This document shows positions 43,535 to 50,759 of a stretch of DNA of 64,000 nt, in pieces. Position 1 is the first letter of the stretch. Each line of letters starts with the position of its first letter. The stretch is taken from positions 14,067 through 78,066 of the forward strand of contig JADZFZ010001118.1 of the NCBI GenBank assembly GCA_020854145.1, read 5' to 3'. Below the pieces are notes generated by a model that saw only the letters and a list, made by a program, of their open reading frames with translations, was not told the DNA's origin and ran no database searches. Origin of the DNA: Deltaproteobacteria bacterium. Its GTDB lineage: Bacteria; Myxococcota_A; Polyangia; Polyangiales; JADZFZ01. A program made the translations under genes and the position numbers.

Positions 43535-44035
43535 ATGCCCAGGCCCGCTTCGTCCCCGTCCATCTCGCGCGCTGAGCGCGTGCTCCGCGCGATCGACCAA
43601 GGCTCTGGTCACGAGCTCTCGGTACTCGCGGCGGTCGTCGTCTGCGCGCCCGACGCGCGATCCGTCATCGTCGAGCAGCACACGTCGTGGAGCAGCGCCC
43701 TCGCCGACGCGGGCGCGATCGCCGTCGAGCTCGCGCTCGCGGGGGAGCGCAACGCCGGCGTCGTCGTGATCTCGACGCTGTTCCGCGCGTCCACGTCGGA
43801 AGGCTGGCCGACTCGCGCCGATCGCCAGGTCCTCGTCGCCGACGTCGCCGCGGTGATCGCGTTCGCGCGCTTCATCGCGTGGCTCGTCGAGCAGCTCCAG
43901 ATTCGCGCGATGCAGGCGGGCGCTTACGACCACCCCCGCGCGCAGACGAGCAACCTCGAGCTCTTCGGCCAGCTGATCGGCCGTGGCTTCCCCGCTGACG
44001 CGGCCGCTGCGATCGCGACGGGGAGGGTCCAGTGA
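43535..44035 (+). CDS. Hypothetical protein (166 aa), first gene of the rightward early operon
   Basis: GGAGG RBS 8 nt before ATG 43535. Protein-like translation. Confidence 0.5.
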   Translation: MPRPASSPSISRAERVLRAIDQGSGHELSVLAAVVVCAPDARSVIVEQHTSWSSALADAGAIAVELALAGERNAGVVVISTLFRASTSEGWPTRADRQVLVADVAAVIAFARFIAWLVEQLQIRAMQAGAYDHPRAQTSNLELFGQLIGRGFPADAAAAIATGRVQ

Positions 44036-45771
44036 ACGCGCTCGCGCCCCCGGAGACGGCGGTGGCTGGAGCGACGACGACGCCATTGCCAACCTCATCG
44101 GTGGCGTCGTCAACGAAGCCCTCGACGAGCTCGTCATCACCGGGCGAGTACATCGAGCGCTTCCCTCTCAAGCGCCTGCGCGAGAGCGCGACGAACCCGC
44201 GACGCATCTTCGGCAAGCTCGACGAGCTCGCCGTCAGCATCAAGCGACACGGCGTGCTCGAGCCGCTGCTCGTGCGCCCGGTGCCGGGCAAGCCCGACAC
44301 CGAGATCGTCGCAGGACACCGGCGGTTCCGCGCGGCCACCATCGCCGGCGTCGAGCACGTGCGCGTCATCCTGCGCGAGCTCTCCGACTCCGACGCTCTC
44401 GAGATCCAGCTCATCGAGAACGTGCAGCGCGAGGACCTCCACGAGCTCGACGAGGCCGACGGCTACGCGCAGCTCATCGAGCGGTGCGGCTACACGCCGG
44501 CGACGCTCGCCGAGAAGGTCGGCGTCTCGAAGGCGACGATCCACGCGCGCCTCAAGCTGCGCTCTCTCGGGCAAGCGTGTCGTGACGCATGGCTGAACGG
44601 CGAGCTCGACGCGAGCCGTGCGCTGTACCTCGCGCGCATCCCGACGCAGGCGTTGCAGGAGCAGGCGCTCGAAGAGATCACCAAGGGCACTTTCAACGAT
44701 GGCCCAATGAGCGCGCGCGAGGCGCAAGCTCACATCGCGCACCACTACACCATCGCGCTCGATGAGCGCGCTCGCTTCGACACTGCAGACGAAACGCTGG
44801 ATCCCGTCGCTGGGCCCTGCATCACGTGCCCGAAGCTGTCGGGGAACGCGCGCGACCTGTTCCCCGAGATCCAGCGTGCAGACGTCTGCACGGACCCCGA
44901 GTGCTTCAAGGGCAAGAGCCAAGCGCACTGGAATCGCACCGCCGAGAAGGCGGCCAGGACCGGGTTGCGCGTGCTGAGTGCGAAGGAAGCCAAGAACGCG
45001 ATCGACCCATATGGCCCCACCGGACGCCCCAAGGAGACCTCGGGATATGCCGCCCTCGACCAACAGGCCCCGTGGGTCATCGGCAGAGGCAAGACCTGGA
45101 AGCAGCTGCTCGGGAAGAAGGCCCCCGCTCCGACTGTGATCGCGAGAGACCCTCGCACCGGCGACGCCGTGCAGCTCATCGAACGCAACAGACTCGAGGC
45201 GGTCGCTAAGGAGCACGGCATCGGTCAACCGACCGAAGAAGAGCGGCGAGCGCGAGACGAGGCCAAGGCCAACCTAGAGCGCGCGAACAAGAAGGCTGAG
45301 GCCGACCAGCGAGCACAGCGCGACGTTGCGCTCGCCCTGGTCGCTGCGGCAGAGGCGGGGGGCGGCGAGCAGCTCTGGCCGCTGGTCGCGGCACACCTGA
45401 TCACGATCGAGCGCGAGGGCTACTCCGACAACCTCGACGAGACCGAGATGGCGCAGCGGCGAGGCCTCGACGGCGCGGAAGACGCCTCTGCGCTGCTGCG
45501 TGCTCTGCCGACGATGAAGTCGGCCATCGCGCGTGGGGTCGCCGTCGAGGTCCTCGCGCTCACTGACTACACGGGCGCGATGCGGAGCGAGCTCTGCAAG
45601 CTGCTGGGCGTCGACCCCAAGCGGCCCAAGACGCCAGCGAAGAAGTCGACGGCGAAGGCCGCCAAGAAGACGCCAGCGAAGAAGTCGACGGCGAAGGCCG
45701 CCAAGAAGACGCCAGCGAAGAAGTCGACGGCGAAGGCCGCCAAGAAGACGCCAGCGAAGAAGGGCCGCTGA
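44032..45771 (+). CDS. ParB/Spo0J-like protein with Cys cluster and Lys/Ala-rich repeat tail
   Basis: ParB N-domain (LEPLLVRP...IVAGHRRFRAA; IENVQREDL), HTH (ATLAEKVGVSKATIHARLKL), Cys cluster PCITCP...CTDPECF, and TPAKKSTAKAAKK x3.5. Confidence 0.85.
   Translation: MNALAPPETAVAGATTTPLPTSSVASSTKPSTSSSSPGEYIERFPLKRLRESATNPRRIFGKLDELAVSIKRHGVLEPLLVRPVPGKPDTEIVAGHRRFRAATIAGVEHVRVILRELSDSDALEIQLIENVQREDLHELDEADGYAQLIERCGYTPATLAEKVGVSKATIHARLKLRSLGQACRDAWLNGELDASRALYLARIPTQALQEQALEEITKGTFNDGPMSAREAQAHIAHHYTIALDERARFDTADETLDPVAGPCITCPKLSGNARDLFPEIQRADVCTDPECFKGKSQAHWNRTAEKAARTGLRVLSAKEAKNAIDPYGPTGRPKETSGYAALDQQAPWVIGRGKTWKQLLGKKAPAPTVIARDPRTGDAVQLIERNRLEAVAKEHGIGQPTEEERRARDEAKANLERANKKAEADQRAQRDVALALVAAAEAGGGEQLWPLVAAHLITIEREGYSDNLDETEMAQRRGLDGAEDASALLRALPTMKSAIARGVAVEVLALTDYTGAMRSELCKLLGVDPKRPKTPAKKSTAKAAKKTPAKKSTAKAAKKTPAKKSTAKAAKKTPAKKGR
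44875..44892. repeat. Palindrome copy 4: CGTGCAGACGTCTGCACG (inside the ParB-like gene)
   Basis: Perfect 18-bp palindrome. Translated RADVCT and overlaps the CTDPECF Cys motif. Confidence 0.95.
45631..45765. repeat. 39-bp perfect tandem repeat x3.5 (encodes the TPAKKSTAKAAKK tail of the ParB-like protein)
   Basis: Units at 45631..45669, 45670..45708 and 45709..45747, plus a partial copy. Confidence 0.95.
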
Positions 45772-45772
45772 C

Positions 45773-46345
45773 GTGGGCGCAGCGGCCGCTCCGCGCGTCC
45801 CGCTCGTGCGGGCGCGCACCATCGCCGAGCAGCTCGTGCGCATCCTCGCGCCGGCCTGCGAGCGCATCGTCATCGCCGGCGCGATCCGTCGGCGCAAGCT
45901 CGAGGTCGCCGACATCGACATCGTCGCGCTGCCGAGGGTCCGACGCGACCTCGCGGGCCTCGTGCTCGACGACGATCTCGAGCCGCTCGTGACGCGGCTC
46001 CGAGCAGCCGGCACGCTGCGATGGCGACGCCGAGGCGACGGCGGCTACATGGCGACGGGCCCTCGCCGCTATGCCCTCGTGCACGAGGACAGCTGGATCC
46101 CGATTGACCTGTTCAGCGTCCGCCCGCCCGCGCAGTGGGGGGCAATCCTGGCAATTCGCACCGGCCCCGCGGAGTACTCCCAGGCGCTCGTAGTCGGCGC
46201 ACGCAAGCGGGGCCTCCGGTGCGAAGACGGCCGGCTCATCCGGAACGACGACAGTGTCCCTCCCGTCGAGCGTGCGACGCCGGAGGAACGCGACTTCATT
46301 GCAGCCTGCGGATTCCCGTGGGCCGACCCCGAATGGAGGCGATGA
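45773..46345 (+). CDS. Pol X (DNA polymerase beta)-like nucleotidyltransferase, minimal palm/thumb
   Basis: Motifs RIVIAGAIRRRKLEVADIDIVAL (GS-x-RRG-x-x-x-x-D-x-D pattern) and IPIDLFSV...RTGPAEYSQALVVGARKRGL. Confidence 0.7.
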   Translation: MGAAAAPRVPLVRARTIAEQLVRILAPACERIVIAGAIRRRKLEVADIDIVALPRVRRDLAGLVLDDDLEPLVTRLRAAGTLRWRRRGDGGYMATGPRRYALVHEDSWIPIDLFSVRPPAQWGAILAIRTGPAEYSQALVVGARKRGLRCEDGRLIRNDDSVPPVERATPEERDFIAACGFPWADPEWRR

Positions 46346-46602
46346 CAATGGCTCGACCCCGATTGACCAATCGAGTGATGGATGGCCTCGCCCGCCTGGC
46401 GCGGGAGGTCGATGCGAAGCGCGACGAGCTGCTGCAGCAGATCGAGGAGATCCGGGATCCCCGTGAACGTCGCGAGGCGAGGCGCGAATACGCGTCGATG
46501 GAGCACGCGCGCAATTGGATCGAGCGGATGCGCGTCGCTCGCGCAGAGGGCTGCGCCTACGACGAGATTGGCGCGGAACACCAGGCGGCGGCGCATGGGT
46601 AA
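46342..46602 (+). CDS. Small hypothetical protein (86 aa)
   Basis: GGAGG RBS. Helical translation MTMARPRLTNRVMDGLARLAREVDAKRDELLQQIEEI... Confidence 0.45.
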   Translation: MTMARPRLTNRVMDGLARLAREVDAKRDELLQQIEEIRDPRERREARREYASMEHARNWIERMRVARAEGCAYDEIGAEHQAAAHG

Positions 46603-46831
46603 GCGGCGCAAGCGCCGACGATTGCACGTCGTCGAGCACGGCACGATTCGCATCCGGGCCTATCCCGTCATCGAGCGCGCCGTGAATGAGGGCCTCTCCG
46701 CTGGCTGGCGTCGGGCGCACAAGCACACGGACACACCAACCGTCGAGGCGATCCTCGAGCAGCTCGAGCGCGACGTGCTCGCGTGCCTCGACGGAGTCGT
46801 CGCCTTCGATCCGCACGAGCCCGCACCGTGA
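46595..46831 (+). CDS. Small hypothetical protein (78 aa)
   Basis: ATG 46595, in frame with the track ORF 46382..46831. Only the last 78 codons are protein-like. Confidence 0.45.
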   Translation: MGKRRKRRRLHVVEHGTIRIRAYPVIERAVNEGLSAGWRRAHKHTDTPTVEAILEQLERDVLACLDGVVAFDPHEPAP

Positions 46832-47241
46832 CGCGCCAGCTCCCGGCCATCCTCGTGGAGCCCGACGTGCTCGATCACCTCGAGGAGAAAGTTGTCGTCG
46901 TCTCACGTCGAGCACGGCCACATCCGAGCGGCACACGGGTCGTCTACATCGGACGACCCAGCGCGCTCGGCAATCCCTACCGCATCGCCCCCGGATACGA
47001 CGTCGCGCGGGATCCCGACGATGTCCTCGGGCGGTACGCCCGATGGCTCGAGCGGCAGCTCGACACGGACACGGCGGCGAGGCGCGCCATCCTCGAGATC
47101 ATCGCGGCCGTCTGTATCGGCGAGACGATCGCCCTCGAGTGCTGGTGCGCTCCGGCGCGATGCCACGGCGACGTCGTACGCAGCCTGGTGCTCGACACCA
47201 TTCGAGGCGCGATGCACGACGTGCTCGCGCTCGAGCAATGA
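46828..47241 (+). CDS. DUF4326-domain protein
   Basis: Translation VVYIGRPSALGNPYRI...LGRYARWL...ALECWCAPARCHGDVV. GTGA overlap start. Confidence 0.7.
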   Translation: MTRQLPAILVEPDVLDHLEEKVVVVSRRARPHPSGTRVVYIGRPSALGNPYRIAPGYDVARDPDDVLGRYARWLERQLDTDTAARRAILEIIAAVCIGETIALECWCAPARCHGDVVRSLVLDTIRGAMHDVLALEQ

Positions 47242-47711
47242 CCGCCGACCTCCCGCGGTGGCTCACGGCCGACGAGGTCGCGACGATGTTGCACTACCGG
47301 TCGCGCGCCGGCGTGCACATGGCCGTGAGGCGCGGCGAGCTCGTCGGCTATCGCCGCGGCCGCCGCGTGCTGTTCCTGCTCGAGGACGTCGATCGTATGC
47401 TCCGGGGCCGTCCGGTCGTGCGCCCCAGAGGAGAGGACTCCAATGGGCACCACGACGAAACCGAACCGACGAATCGCACCGGGTCTCTGGCAATTGGATA
47501 CGGAGAGGTGGCTCATTCGCGTCAAGGCGCGGAGCCGCAAGACGGGGAGAATCGGGGAGCGCCTCGAGCAGTTTCGGGGGACGCGAGCGGAGGCGATTGC
47601 CACGCGCGAGCAGTGGCGACTCGAGCTCGTCGGCGACGTCGTCCAGCGCGAGAGGCAGACGCTCGAAGCTGTCGCGAAATCGTGGCTGCAGCTCAAGATC
47701 GCACGCGGTGA
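47238..47711 (+). CDS. xis: Excisionase-like HTH protein; ORF tail overlaps int out of frame
   Basis: Translation WLTADEVATMLHYRSRAGVHMAVRRGELVGYRRGRRVLFLLEDVDRML. No stop until 47711, 269 nt into int. Confidence 0.6.
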   Translation: MTADLPRWLTADEVATMLHYRSRAGVHMAVRRGELVGYRRGRRVLFLLEDVDRMLRGRPVVRPRGEDSNGHHDETEPTNRTGSLAIGYGEVAHSRQGAEPQDGENRGAPRAVSGDASGGDCHARAVATRARRRRRPAREADARSCREIVAAAQDRTR

Positions 47712-48606
47712 TCTCGCGACGAGCACCGCCGACCGATACGCGCGCGCTCTCGACGATCACATCCTGCCCGCCCTCGGTGACGTCTTCCTCGAGGAGCTCA
47801 CGCGTGCGGATGTCGATCGATGGCTCGCCGGCGTCGGCCAGGAGCCGAGCACGTGCAATGGGTACCTGCGAGTACTTCGCTCCGTGCTCGAGGGCGCCGT
47901 CGCCGACGAGCTCGTGCCCGCAAACGTCGCGACGCGCGTCGCACCGCTGAAGGAACGCACGCGCGACGAGCCGAACGCGCTCACGGCCGACGAGCTCCGG
48001 CGCGTGCTCGAGCACTGGCGCGCGACGCGGCCGGAGCAGTATCCGCTCGTGCTCGCGCTCGCGCTCACGGGAGCGCGGTGGGGCGAGATCACGGCGCTGC
48101 GATGGAGCGACATCGACGCCGCGGCCGCGGAAGGCGCGCTGACGATCCGTCGCGCCCACCATCGCGGAGAGGTGAAGGAACCGAAGACGGGCGTGCGGCG
48201 CATCGTGCCCTTCCCTCGCGTGCTCGCGCGCGTCCTCGAGGAGCACCGCAAGCGGTGCCTCCGGGAGCAGCGACCGGGCTTCGAGGACGGTTGGGTGTTC
48301 ACCTCGAGCGAGGGGACGCTCCTCGACAATGGTCGATTGTCGAAGCCCTGGCGCGAGGTCCTCGGCGAGCTCGAGATCGCGAAGCGAGTCACCATGCACG
48401 GGCTCCGACACACGATGACCGACCTGCTGCGGCACGCGCGCGTCGACCAGGTGACCTCGGCCGCTCTCATCGGCCACACCACCGAGCAAATGCGGCGACG
48501 CTACTCCACCGTTCTGCCCGCCGAGGCGCGCGCTGCCGGCGACCAGGTCGTGAGAATGGCCGGGCTCGCGGGTGGGAGAATCGGTGGGAGCCGGCGACGG
48601 AAATGA
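47443..48606 (+). CDS. int: Tyrosine integrase
   Basis: GGAGAGGA RBS. Motifs ALALTGARWGEITALRWSDID, HGLRHTMTDLL and IGHTTEQMRRRY (R..HxxR..Y). Confidence 0.9.
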   Translation: MGTTTKPNRRIAPGLWQLDTERWLIRVKARSRKTGRIGERLEQFRGTRAEAIATREQWRLELVGDVVQRERQTLEAVAKSWLQLKIARGDLATSTADRYARALDDHILPALGDVFLEELTRADVDRWLAGVGQEPSTCNGYLRVLRSVLEGAVADELVPANVATRVAPLKERTRDEPNALTADELRRVLEHWRATRPEQYPLVLALALTGARWGEITALRWSDIDAAAAEGALTIRRAHHRGEVKEPKTGVRRIVPFPRVLARVLEEHRKRCLREQRPGFEDGWVFTSSEGTLLDNGRLSKPWREVLGELEIAKRVTMHGLRHTMTDLLRHARVDQVTSAALIGHTTEQMRRRYSTVLPAEARAAGDQVVRMAGLAGGRIGGSRRRK

Positions 48607-48610
48607 AAAA

Positions 48611-48648
48611 GGCCCCCGAGACCCTAATGGTCTCGGAGGCCTACTTTT
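48611..48648 (+). terminator. Intrinsic terminator-like hairpin (A-run upstream, T-run downstream: possibly bidirectional)
   Basis: aaaaa-GGCCCCCGAGACC-ctaat-GGTCTCGGAGGCC-tactttt, immediately after the int stop. Confidence 0.6.
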
Positions 48649-48666
48649 CCGGGGCGATCACGCCGG

Positions 48667-48732
48667 AGCGGGAGAAGGGATTTGAACCCTCGACTTCAAC
48701 CTTGGCAAGGTTGAGCCCGTTTCCACTGAGCA
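48667..48732 (-). pseudogene. tRNA-Gly(GCC) remnant lacking the 5' acceptor strand (att-site fragment)
   Basis: Minus strand reads D arm GCTC-AGTGGAAAC-GGGC, anticodon arm CAACC-TTGCCAA-GGTTG, T arm GAGGG-TTCAAAT-CCCTT and 3' acceptor CTCCCGC-T. The 7 nt 5' of the D arm (TGTAGAA) cannot pair. Confidence 0.7.
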
Positions 48733-48751
48733 CTTCTACACATTCTTGAAA

Positions 48752-50068
48752 TCACTTCGCTTCTTGAGCCATGTCGTGCCGGCGCGCCTCGGCGTCTTCG
48801 CCTCGGTGGACACCGGAGTGGACACCTCCGGGGATGAGCCGCAGCGCTTGCTCGCCTGCGGCGCGAGCTTCGTCGGGCCGCACCTTCGAGTACCGCCTCT
48901 GCATCGCGTCGCTCTCGTGCCCGACGATGGACTGTCGGATGAACGAGTCGACTCCCGCCTGCCGCAGCAGGTCGACCATCGTGTGCCGCAGTCCGTGGAA
49001 CGTGACGCGCCGCTCGATGCCCACGGCCTTCAGGACGTCACGCCACTCCTTTGACAGGCTCCCGTTGACGAGCAGCGTGCCTTTCTCCGTCGTGAAGAGG
49101 TAACCCGCCGCGATGCCGGGATGCTCGACGGCAACCATCCACCGCCGGTACTCGCGGAACAGCTCGGAGAGCGCGTGGGGCCATGGAACCGAGCGCCGCC
49201 GCCGCCCCTTGGTGCCCTTGAGCTGACCTCGATAGTGCGCGCGCCGAACCAAGAGCGCCCCCTCTCGCTCCGCCTTGTCGAGATCGGCAGGTTGCAGCGC
49301 GGTGACCTCCCCCCACCGCATACCGGTGACGGCCGCGGCAAGCACTATCAGGAAGCCCTGCACCTTGAGATCACGGCGGTGCCGCCCGTGGAATCGAGGG
49401 TGGAGGTACTCCGGCGCGTCGGGCCACACGAGAGCGCATCGCCGTCGCCACTCCTCGATGATCGCACCCAGCTCCTCGGGCTCGAACGTGTTGTCGCCGT
49501 CGTCGGGGTGCTCGTCCTCGGGGATCGGCTTGACCAGGGCGGCCACGTTGCGGGCGATGAGTTTGTCGCCCACGGCGTCGTTCAGCAGGCTTACCAGCAC
49601 CCGCAGCCAGCCGTTGCACGACGTGGCTTGCCATCGCTCTGCTTCTGCCTTGAACCACGCCACCACGTCGGCCTTCTCGAGCCTGGCTAGGATCATCTGC
49701 CCGAGCGCCGGCCTAATCTGTCCGTCGAGCCCGACCGTGTTCAGGATGTGCTGGTCCAACGCGGTGGTGTAGCGGTCCACCGTGCTCGGCGACCATCTTC
49801 GAAGTGCGAGCCCGGTGCTCATCCACGACCGCGCGAATGACTCCACGGTTTCGCGGCTCTGTACTTTCACCGGCTCGTTTGCCGCCAGTTCGGCCCGCAC
49901 CTTCTCGCGTTCGATCAGCGCCTCCGCCTTCGTTCCGTCGAACTGCTGCCACCGGCTTCCGACGAGGCCGGTCTTCGAGCTGCGCGCCTTCACGCGAAAC
50001 TCGAACTTGTCCTTCTCCAATTGCCAAAGACCCGGCGCTACGCGCCTCTTCTTGCTTGTGCGTGCCAT
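48752..50068 (-). CDS. int: Tyrosine integrase (paralogue of 47443..48606)
   Basis: N-terminus RRVAPGLWQLEKDKFEFRVKARSSKTG versus RRIAPGLWQLDTERWLIRVKARSRKTG in int1. Motifs HGLRHTMVDLL and VGHESDAMQRRY. Confidence 0.9.
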   Translation of the reverse strand: MARTSKKRRVAPGLWQLEKDKFEFRVKARSSKTGLVGSRWQQFDGTKAEALIEREKVRAELAANEPVKVQSRETVESFARSWMSTGLALRRWSPSTVDRYTTALDQHILNTVGLDGQIRPALGQMILARLEKADVVAWFKAEAERWQATSCNGWLRVLVSLLNDAVGDKLIARNVAALVKPIPEDEHPDDGDNTFEPEELGAIIEEWRRRCALVWPDAPEYLHPRFHGRHRRDLKVQGFLIVLAAAVTGMRWGEVTALQPADLDKAEREGALLVRRAHYRGQLKGTKGRRRRSVPWPHALSELFREYRRWMVAVEHPGIAAGYLFTTEKGTLLVNGSLSKEWRDVLKAVGIERRVTFHGLRHTMVDLLRQAGVDSFIRQSIVGHESDAMQRRYSKVRPDEARAAGEQALRLIPGGVHSGVHRGEDAEARRHDMAQEAK

Positions 50069-50294
50069 CGATCAACTCCCCGGCGCGCACGACCGATCGA
50101 GGACGAATCATAGCGTCCAAATCCTCGCGCCGAAACAGCAAGATGCGTCCACGCTTGCCGACCGCTTTGAGGGCGCCGCGGCGAACGGCCATGAGCACGC
50201 CCCCGCGCGATTGGTAGCGGAGGTAGAGCGCCGCCTCGGCCGTCGTCAAGAACGGCGAAGTTGTCGGCGAAGCCTGCGAGTCGGAGAGAAGCAC
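49713..50294 (-). CDS. xis: Excisionase-like HTH protein (paralogue of 47238..47711); tail overlaps int out of frame
   Basis: Translation FLTTAEAALYLRYQSRGGVLMAVRRGALKAVGKRGRILLFRREDLDAMI. The int ATG (50068) lies inside this ORF. Confidence 0.55.
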   Translation of the reverse strand: MLLSDSQASPTTSPFLTTAEAALYLRYQSRGGVLMAVRRGALKAVGKRGRILLFRREDLDAMIRPRSVVRAGELIDGTHKQEEARSAGSLAIGEGQVRVSREGAQLEDRPRRKPVAAVRRNEGGGADRTREGAGRTGGKRAGESTEPRNRGVIRAVVDEHRARTSKMVAEHGGPLHHRVGPAHPEHGRARRTD

Positions 50295-50743
50295 CGAGAC
50301 GCAGATTTGTGCGGATCCACGACCGAGTCTTCAGACACAATTCAACGTCCGAGGTCCGGTCCAGAATGCGGCCCCAAATCAGATCCTCGAGAGACCCGCG
50401 GCGAGGCCACTGAACGCCTGTTTACCCACCCAGACCGCACTTGAACAACGCAACATCACCGCGGCGGGTCGCCCGCGGCCCGCCCTCCTAGGGGACCCTG
50501 GGGTCACTTTTCTCCAGCCGTTTCGCGCCGTTACCAGGGCCACGGCCAGTGCCCGGGGGGATCCCTTCCAACGTAGAAGGGGGGCCGCGGTGGCTAGATT
50601 CTTAACTCGAAAGGCTCCCCAGCCGGATGCCCCAAGGGCCTCAAGCTGGCGTGGAGCCCAGGGCGGCTTCTGAACGGCAGCGCGCGGCGGTCCTCGAAGT
50701 CGCCAGCGACATGCGAGAAGGCAGTCCAAGAGTATTCCACTCC

Positions 50744-50759
50744 TCTCTAGATCTAGAGA
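50744..50759. repeat. 16-bp perfect palindrome TCTCTAGATCTAGAGA
   Basis: Read directly from the sequence. Overlaps the stop codon of 50753..51943. Confidence 0.95.

Larger units (their letters stand above)
1..48732. mobile_element. Temperate contractile-tailed prophage (Mu-like tail/baseplate genes but tyrosine-integrase/tRNA-att lifestyle); right end at tRNA-Gly remnant, left end not identified
   Basis: Uninterrupted lysis, fibre, baseplate, tail, head, terminase, replication, cro/cI and xis-int modules. int (47443..48606) is followed by a terminator and a tRNA-Gly 3' fragment. Whether 1..1593 belongs to it is unknown. Confidence 0.85.

Noticed and set aside
47238-47711. Programmed frameshift fusing Xis to Int
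   Set aside because: No slippery heptamer was identified at the overlap. int has its own strong RBS and ATG. The shared tail similarity between the two Xis ORFs is explained by nucleotide conservation of the int N-termini.
48655-48745. Intact tRNA-Gly gene
   Set aside because: The D, anticodon and T arms and the 3' acceptor strand are fine. The 7 nt that should form the 5' acceptor strand (TGTAGAA) cannot pair with CTCCCGC, so it is a truncated att remnant.
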